Below, piece by piece: positions 33,558-38,020 of a DNA stretch of 38,020 nt. A program made the position numbers and the translations under genes. Origin of the DNA: a virus (taxonomy: Duplodnaviria; Caudoviricetes); IMG/VR virus record IMGVR_UViG_3300025403_000020, positions 1-38,020 of that record; one strand, written 5' to 3'. Each line of letters opens with the position of its first letter. Within the stretch, counting starts at the first letter, position 1. The notes beneath the pieces are model-generated. The model did no database searches and was not told the origin of the DNA. It saw only the letters and a program-made list of their open reading frames with translations.

Positions 33558-33854
33558 ATGCGTATCACACAATCAGAAAAGGCTCTCGTTGAACATTATG
33601 TTTATGCGACGGCTACCGCTGCAGTAATTCTTTGGCAGCGTGGTGGAGCAGCTAATCACAACTTGAAGCATGTTGCATTTGCAGCACTTTATGGTGTCAT
33701 TGGCCCCGTACTTGCCCGTGTAAACACAAAGGGTGTAGTATCAAAGCTTGCTAAACAAGAGCATCTTGATGCAGCAACAACTACTGCATTGACATCTGTT
33801 GCTAACACAGCAGTTAAAGATGCAAGCAATGCACTTGCAGCAGCAGCAAAGTAG
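33558..33854 (+). CDS. Small membrane protein, possible holin
   Basis: TAAGGAG RBS. Two hydrophobic segments (YVYATATAAVILW; VAFAALYGVIGPVL). Confidence 0.5.
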   Translation: MRITQSEKALVEHYVYATATAAVILWQRGGAANHNLKHVAFAALYGVIGPVLARVNTKGVVSKLAKQEHLDAATTTALTSVANTAVKDASNALAAAAK

Positions 33855-33874
33855 ACTGAATATAAAATAAAATA

Positions 33875-34060
33875 ATGATGAGTTGTAAAAAATGTACAGG
33901 ACGTGTATTTGTAGACCGAGTTTATTCCCAAAACCTACGTGTTGAATTGTTCTGTATCATGTGTGGGAAAAGATGGATGATCAAAAGGGATAATAGGTTC
34001 GCATCATGGGTAGCAAAAAAAGAAGAGATCCTGCAACACGGCTTCGGTACTTCTATTTAA
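33875..34060 (+). CDS. Small zinc-ribbon protein
   Basis: CKKC...CIMCG pairs. Confidence 0.7.
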   Translation: MMSCKKCTGRVFVDRVYSQNLRVELFCIMCGKRWMIKRDNRFASWVAKKEEILQHGFGTSI

Positions 34061-34521
34061 ACGGGAAGTTGCATAAACTTCTTCGTCGCTCCAGAGCAGA
34101 AGATCTTGTTATTGCTTGGGATTACGAATTGGGAAAGCGTGTTGCTTATAGTTTAACTGATGTTAATAAAAATAAACAACACGCCTACCAATTAAAAGAA
34201 GTTGAAAAAATAATTGGCAGACATCATGATACAATTACTATGCATATGAGGGCGGGGAACATAAAGTTTCCTCAAAGGATTTATTCTCTTAATGGGAATA
34301 GAACCCCAGGCAAATATATGTGGAGTGAAGATGATATCAGAGAAATGCATACATTTTTTAAAACATTGCATCAAGGTAGACCCAGGTTGGACGGCGGGAT
34401 TACACCAGCTGATATGCCTTCTAGAGCAGAAATAGAAGCTATAATGAAACAAGAAAACATTTTATACATTAAAAACAACGATGGGGAATTTGTCCCAGTT
34501 TGGAAACAACCTGAGTGGTAG
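34006..34521 (+). CDS. Putative helix-turn-helix DNA-binding protein
   Basis: YQLKEVEKIIGRHHDTITMHMRAGNI...WSEDDI resembles MerR/Xis-type HTH. Confidence 0.6.
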   Translation: MGSKKRRDPATRLRYFYLNGKLHKLLRRSRAEDLVIAWDYELGKRVAYSLTDVNKNKQHAYQLKEVEKIIGRHHDTITMHMRAGNIKFPQRIYSLNGNRTPGKYMWSEDDIREMHTFFKTLHQGRPRLDGGITPADMPSRAEIEAIMKQENILYIKNNDGEFVPVWKQPEW

Positions 34522-34745
34522 AGCAAAAGAAAGAAAAGAAGGCAAGGCACGTTTTGAATGAAGCACTTCGTGTGTTGGAATTCACAATGGAAATGGCTGT
34601 ACAAAAGCAGGACATTGATGCTATGATAGGCATAGCTGATCGCCTAATGATGTTATATCAAAATCTATCAGAGGGTAGTATCAAGAAGTTCAAGCCAGGT
34701 TTTTCCATGACAGATAGGGAAGAAGTACATGACGAATCAGAGTAG
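34515..34745 (+). CDS. Hypothetical protein
   Basis: Tightly packed ORF in the + strand operon. Start uncertain. Confidence 0.55.
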   Translation: MVEQKKEKKARHVLNEALRVLEFTMEMAVQKQDIDAMIGIADRLMMLYQNLSEGSIKKFKPGFSMTDREEVHDESE

Positions 34746-34938
34746 CATTAGGGTAGATCTACAATTTACTCGCAATCTTGGTAACTATGAAAACATCAAG
34801 ATTGGAATTGCTGTTGAAGATTTTAAACGTCCAGGTGAGTCTACAAATGAAGCCACAGACAGAATTTATAAATTTGTAGAGACAAAGTTAATTGAGAAAG
34901 TCAATGAAGTAGAGAGCGAATTAAAGGGTAAGAAATGA
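34729..34938 (+). CDS. Hypothetical protein
   Basis: Overlapping operon packing. FTRNLGNYENIKI motif. Confidence 0.6.
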   Translation: MTNQSSIRVDLQFTRNLGNYENIKIGIAVEDFKRPGESTNEATDRIYKFVETKLIEKVNEVESELKGKK

Positions 34939-35267
34939 CAAAAGATGAAGCAAAGCTAGCCTACGGCTTAGTTGGGCTTTATTGTGCCTTGTATAAAGAA
35001 ACTTACAAGAAGCCTGCAACTGTAAATAAGTATCGTGAAAAATATGCTATGCAAGATGTGATTGATAGTGTAGGATATGATCGTGCTAAGATTTTGTTGC
35101 AATATTATTTTAAGATGAATAAGTCTGGTCATCCATTGACTTGGTTCTTTTATAATTTTGAAAAATTAGATGTAACTTTACAGCAAGCAGAAGAAGACAA
35201 AACCCGTAGACAAGTTATAATGTCTAAAACAAAAATTATGGTTGAAGAAAGAGATAATGAACACTGA
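34935..35267 (+). CDS. Hypothetical protein upstream of the helicase (possible loader/initiator)
   Basis: ATGA coupling. Function inferred from position only. Confidence 0.55.
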   Translation: MTKDEAKLAYGLVGLYCALYKETYKKPATVNKYREKYAMQDVIDSVGYDRAKILLQYYFKMNKSGHPLTWFFYNFEKLDVTLQQAEEDKTRRQVIMSKTKIMVEERDNEH

Positions 35268-36483
35268 GTCAGCAGTCATTACATCAATTTGTAATAATAA
35301 AGATATAGCCACAGTGCTTGCTGATGGTGTAGATGATATCTTTACATCTCATAGAGATGTGTGGGAAGGATTGAAATCTTATTACTTAAAGTTTAAATCT
35401 GTTCCAGATATTTCAGTTCTTACTGAAAGGTTCAAAGATTTTGAGCCTGTTAAGGTAAAAGGTGAGACTGCTTACTATCTTGATCAATTGAAAAATGAAT
35501 ATCTTGCAAGCCGTATTAGAAATCTTTTGTTGACATCTGGAGCAAGCCTTAAAACAGAAGCATCTGCTAGAGTTATATCTGATATGCAAAAAGAGATAGC
35601 ATCTCTAAGTAGATTAACTTCAAATGTACGAGATGTTGATCTAACTGATTATAAGTCTGCAGAAAAGCATTTTGAGGCAGTTCGTACCCGTTCCGATGCT
35701 ATGGGTGGAAGTCCAGGAATCAAGACAGGGTTCAAGGCTATTGACTATGCATACCCTACTGGAATGGCTCCAGGACACCTTATCGTGATGATTGGCTGGC
35801 CTGGTAAGGGTAAGACCTGGTTCTCTTCCTATCTAGCCTGTAAAGCTTGGGAACAGGGTTTTAAGCCTATGATTATTTCCCTTGAGATGACTCCTGAGAA
35901 TATGAGAGATCGTATCTACACAATGCTTGGGTCGGGATTATTCAAGGCCTCAGACTTCTCTAGAGGTAGTATTGACATTGCACAATTTGATGATTGGGGT
36001 TCAAAGAAGTTCTTGGATAAGAACGGATTTATCCTTGTTTCAAATGAAGGTGCTGGTCAGATTACCCCTACAACAGTTCAAGCAAAAATTGATCAACATA
36101 AGCCTGATATTGTTATTCTTGACTATCATCAATTGTTTGCAGATTCAAATAATTCAAAGGCTCCAACAGAACGTAACATGAATATCTCTCGTGAGTTTAA
36201 GATGCTTGCTATGAGAAATAATATTCCTGTTATTGATATTACTGCTGCAACTGCAGAAGAAACAGCAGACCATGATTCTCCACCAATGCTAAATCAAGTT
36301 GCTTGGTCAAAGGCAATTGAGTATGATGCTGATATGGCTATTGCAGTTCATAAAAATCCTGATTCAAATATCATGGAAATTGTTAGTCGTAAGAATCGTC
36401 ATGGTACAGAGTTTGGCATGTATTTAGATTGGGATCTAAATCGGGGTATTGTCAAAGAAGTTTACGATATTCCAATAACTTAA
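35257..36483 (+). CDS. dnaB: DnaB-like replicative DNA helicase
   Basis: Walker A GWPGKGKT, SLEM, ILDY, IEYDAD and KNRHG motifs. ATG 35257 is preferred to TTG 35242. Confidence 0.93.
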   Translation: MNTESAVITSICNNKDIATVLADGVDDIFTSHRDVWEGLKSYYLKFKSVPDISVLTERFKDFEPVKVKGETAYYLDQLKNEYLASRIRNLLLTSGASLKTEASARVISDMQKEIASLSRLTSNVRDVDLTDYKSAEKHFEAVRTRSDAMGGSPGIKTGFKAIDYAYPTGMAPGHLIVMIGWPGKGKTWFSSYLACKAWEQGFKPMIISLEMTPENMRDRIYTMLGSGLFKASDFSRGSIDIAQFDDWGSKKFLDKNGFILVSNEGAGQITPTTVQAKIDQHKPDIVILDYHQLFADSNNSKAPTERNMNISREFKMLAMRNNIPVIDITAATAEETADHDSPPMLNQVAWSKAIEYDADMAIAVHKNPDSNIMEIVSRKNRHGTEFGMYLDWDLNRGIVKEVYDIPIT

Positions 36484-36497
36484 TATTTATGTAATGT

Positions 36498-36535
36498 TCA
36501 CCCAACTTGATATAATTATCAAGAAAGATTGGTGA
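36498..36535 (+). promoter_or_regulatory. Extended -10 promoter (36508-36516) embedded in an inverted repeat
   Basis: CTTGATA-TAAT-TATCAAG (36506-36523), flanked by TCACCCAA / TTGGTGA. Confidence 0.65.
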
Positions 36536-36537
36536 TC

Positions 36538-36819
36538 ATGTACCCACGCAAGATACATGACTTTTGGATTAGCGGAACCATTAAAGATGACTCTAAATTC
36601 CAAAGCTCAAGGGAAAACTATGAAAGGCTTTTAGTCCAGCAAATGCGGGACAAAGGTTATGTTCCTGTCCTTGACATGCAGCCTCAGTTTAATGTAAAAT
36701 ATAATGAAGAGAAGGATCACTATACTTTCAATTTGGTTATGTACGGAATATATTTGGGCAAAGCCAAAGCGTTACAGTATGAAGGTTTCTCTGGTCAGAG
36801 TTTAATACCTAAAGGATAA
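36538..36819 (+). CDS. Hypothetical protein between helicase and primase
   Basis: Intact ORF. GGTGATC precedes ATG 36538. Alternative TTG start at 36529. Confidence 0.65.
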   Translation: MYPRKIHDFWISGTIKDDSKFQSSRENYERLLVQQMRDKGYVPVLDMQPQFNVKYNEEKDHYTFNLVMYGIYLGKAKALQYEGFSGQSLIPKG

Positions 36820-36822
36820 AAA

Positions 36823-37800
36823 ATGTCAGATGCATATACTAAAGCGGATCTCCGCTCTATTTTGCGTTCCTGTGGAATTGAGATAGTTTCCCAAACAGGA
36901 ACAGACTTTTTATGTTTATGCCCATTTCATCATAATACAGACTCTCCAGCATTTGCAGCAAGTTATTCAAAAGGCTTGTATGTATGCTATAACCAAAACT
37001 GTAATTCGTCTGGCACTATCTTAGACCTAGTTATGAAACTTACTCAAAGAAATAACTTTGAGGCTATGAGATTTATATCTCAGAATAAACTATCATCTGC
37101 AGATTTACTTCAAGAAGAGTTAATAGACTTACTTGATGAAAAGCCAGAGTTTATTGAATTCCCCCAACTGACTCTAGACAGTCTGTATGGATATCCAAAG
37201 AATAATCCTGATGCACCTGAATCAGTTGCATTTAGGAATTACTTACACTCCCGTAAAATTACTGATGAAGCCATAGACCATTTTAGAATAGGTTGGTCGG
37301 GCACACAAAAGATGTTTACAGTTCCACTTCATTCACCTGACGGAATACCTGTTGGTATTATTGGCAGATCAATTGAAGGCAAAGCTTTTAAGAATAGTCC
37401 AAATCTTCCACGCAATAAAACTATGTTTAATATCCATAGGGCAAAGCGTGAAGGTGGAACTATTATCGTTGTTGAATCTAGTCTTGATGTTATTCGTTTA
37501 TGGCAGGCTGGTTATCCAAATGCTGTGGCAACTTTAGGTGGAAGTATTTCAGATACCAATGTTCAGTTATTAAATAAATATGCATCTACCATTATTATCA
37601 TGACAGATAATGACGGGGCTGGTAAAGCTTTAGGTAACACTATTGCTAATAAACTAAATAGAAAGAATGTCATGTGGGCCAGATATAACTATGATGTTGT
37701 ATACCCTCATGGAGCAAAAGATGTTGGCGATCTTACAGATGAAGAGATTAAACAATGTGTGAAGAATGCAATTCCACACTTTGAATATGCAAATTTGTAG
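36823..37800 (+). CDS. dnaG: DnaG-like DNA primase (CHC2 zinc finger + TOPRIM)
   Basis: CPFHH...C....C zinc finger, IIGR, IVVES..D, AVATLG and TDND.AG motifs. Confidence 0.92.
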   Translation: MSDAYTKADLRSILRSCGIEIVSQTGTDFLCLCPFHHNTDSPAFAASYSKGLYVCYNQNCNSSGTILDLVMKLTQRNNFEAMRFISQNKLSSADLLQEELIDLLDEKPEFIEFPQLTLDSLYGYPKNNPDAPESVAFRNYLHSRKITDEAIDHFRIGWSGTQKMFTVPLHSPDGIPVGIIGRSIEGKAFKNSPNLPRNKTMFNIHRAKREGGTIIVVESSLDVIRLWQAGYPNAVATLGGSISDTNVQLLNKYASTIIIMTDNDGAGKALGNTIANKLNRKNVMWARYNYDVVYPHGAKDVGDLTDEEIKQCVKNAIPHFEYANL

Positions 37801-37829
37801 TAGACAAAGACACCTAAAAATGATATAAT
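37801..37829 (+). promoter_or_regulatory. Promoter TAGACA-N17-TATAAT with extended -10
   Basis: TAGACAAAGA...TGATATAAT, as at 30080. Confidence 0.75.
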
Positions 37830-37875
37830 AAGTACACAGGACAGGTTAATGTCCGATATACTAAGGAGAAATAAT

Positions 37876-38020
37876 ATGGGAATAGTAAGAGGATTAAACG
37901 CACTAAATCAACAAATGGAAAAGTCAGAGTATTCCGAAGAAGGTCAAAAGGGTACTTGGCTAAAAGTAAATGATGGTCAATCAGTAAAGATTCGTTTTTT
38001 GCAAGAGATTGATCCAAATT
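37876..38020 (+). CDS. 3'-truncated gene, probable single-stranded DNA-binding protein
   Basis: TAAGGAG RBS. MGIVRGLNALNQQMEK...WLKVNDGQSVKIRFLQEIDP resembles the N-terminus of gp32-like phage SSBs. Absent from the ORF track because it is truncated. Confidence 0.6.
   Translation, partial: MGIVRGLNALNQQMEKSEYSEEGQKGTWLKVNDGQSVKIRFLQEIDPN

Noticed and set aside
567-38017. All minus-strand ORFs in the track (e.g. 567-839, 1777-2025, 7745-7990, 23130-23417, 37814-38017)
   Set aside because: Short antisense shadows of strong + strand genes, with no recognisable motifs or RBS.
1-38020. tRNA, rRNA, integrase/att sites, alternative genetic code
   Set aside because: No cloverleaf or rRNA-like sequence in the short gaps and no recombinase gene. 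Long ORFs tile the window under the standard code, with TAA, TAG and TGA all used as stops.

Overview
A 38 kb segment of a low-GC, long-tailed dsDNA phage (siphovirus-type Caudoviricetes). Essentially all real genes are on the + strand. Order: end of a CHAP/peptidoglycan-binding endolysin and a small membrane protein; prohead protease with a nested scaffold; major capsid protein; head-tail connector genes; major tail protein; tail assembly chaperones joined by a -1 frameshift; a 1946-aa tape measure protein; large Ser/Thr-rich tail-tip and fibre proteins; a separately promoted five-gene accessory cassette (two paralogous small proteins, a Cys-rich protein, a GT60-like GlcNAc transferase, a DUF6065-like protein); three HNH endonuclease genes around a metallophosphoesterase; and a replication block (DnaB-like helicase, DnaG-like primase, start of an SSB-like gene). 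Gene order and protein motifs resemble large actinobacterial siphoviruses, which is my recollection and not a search result. The best candidate for an undescribed system is the putative tail-tip protein ending in a (PPPAS)5 extensin-like stalk plus a 10-Cys peptide, directly followed by the glycosyltransferase cassette. This suggests phage-encoded post-translational modification of a virion adhesin. The second candidate is a protein-conserved, Gly-Gly-bounded peptide duplicated inside the tape measure protein. All family assignments come from motif recognition by eye.
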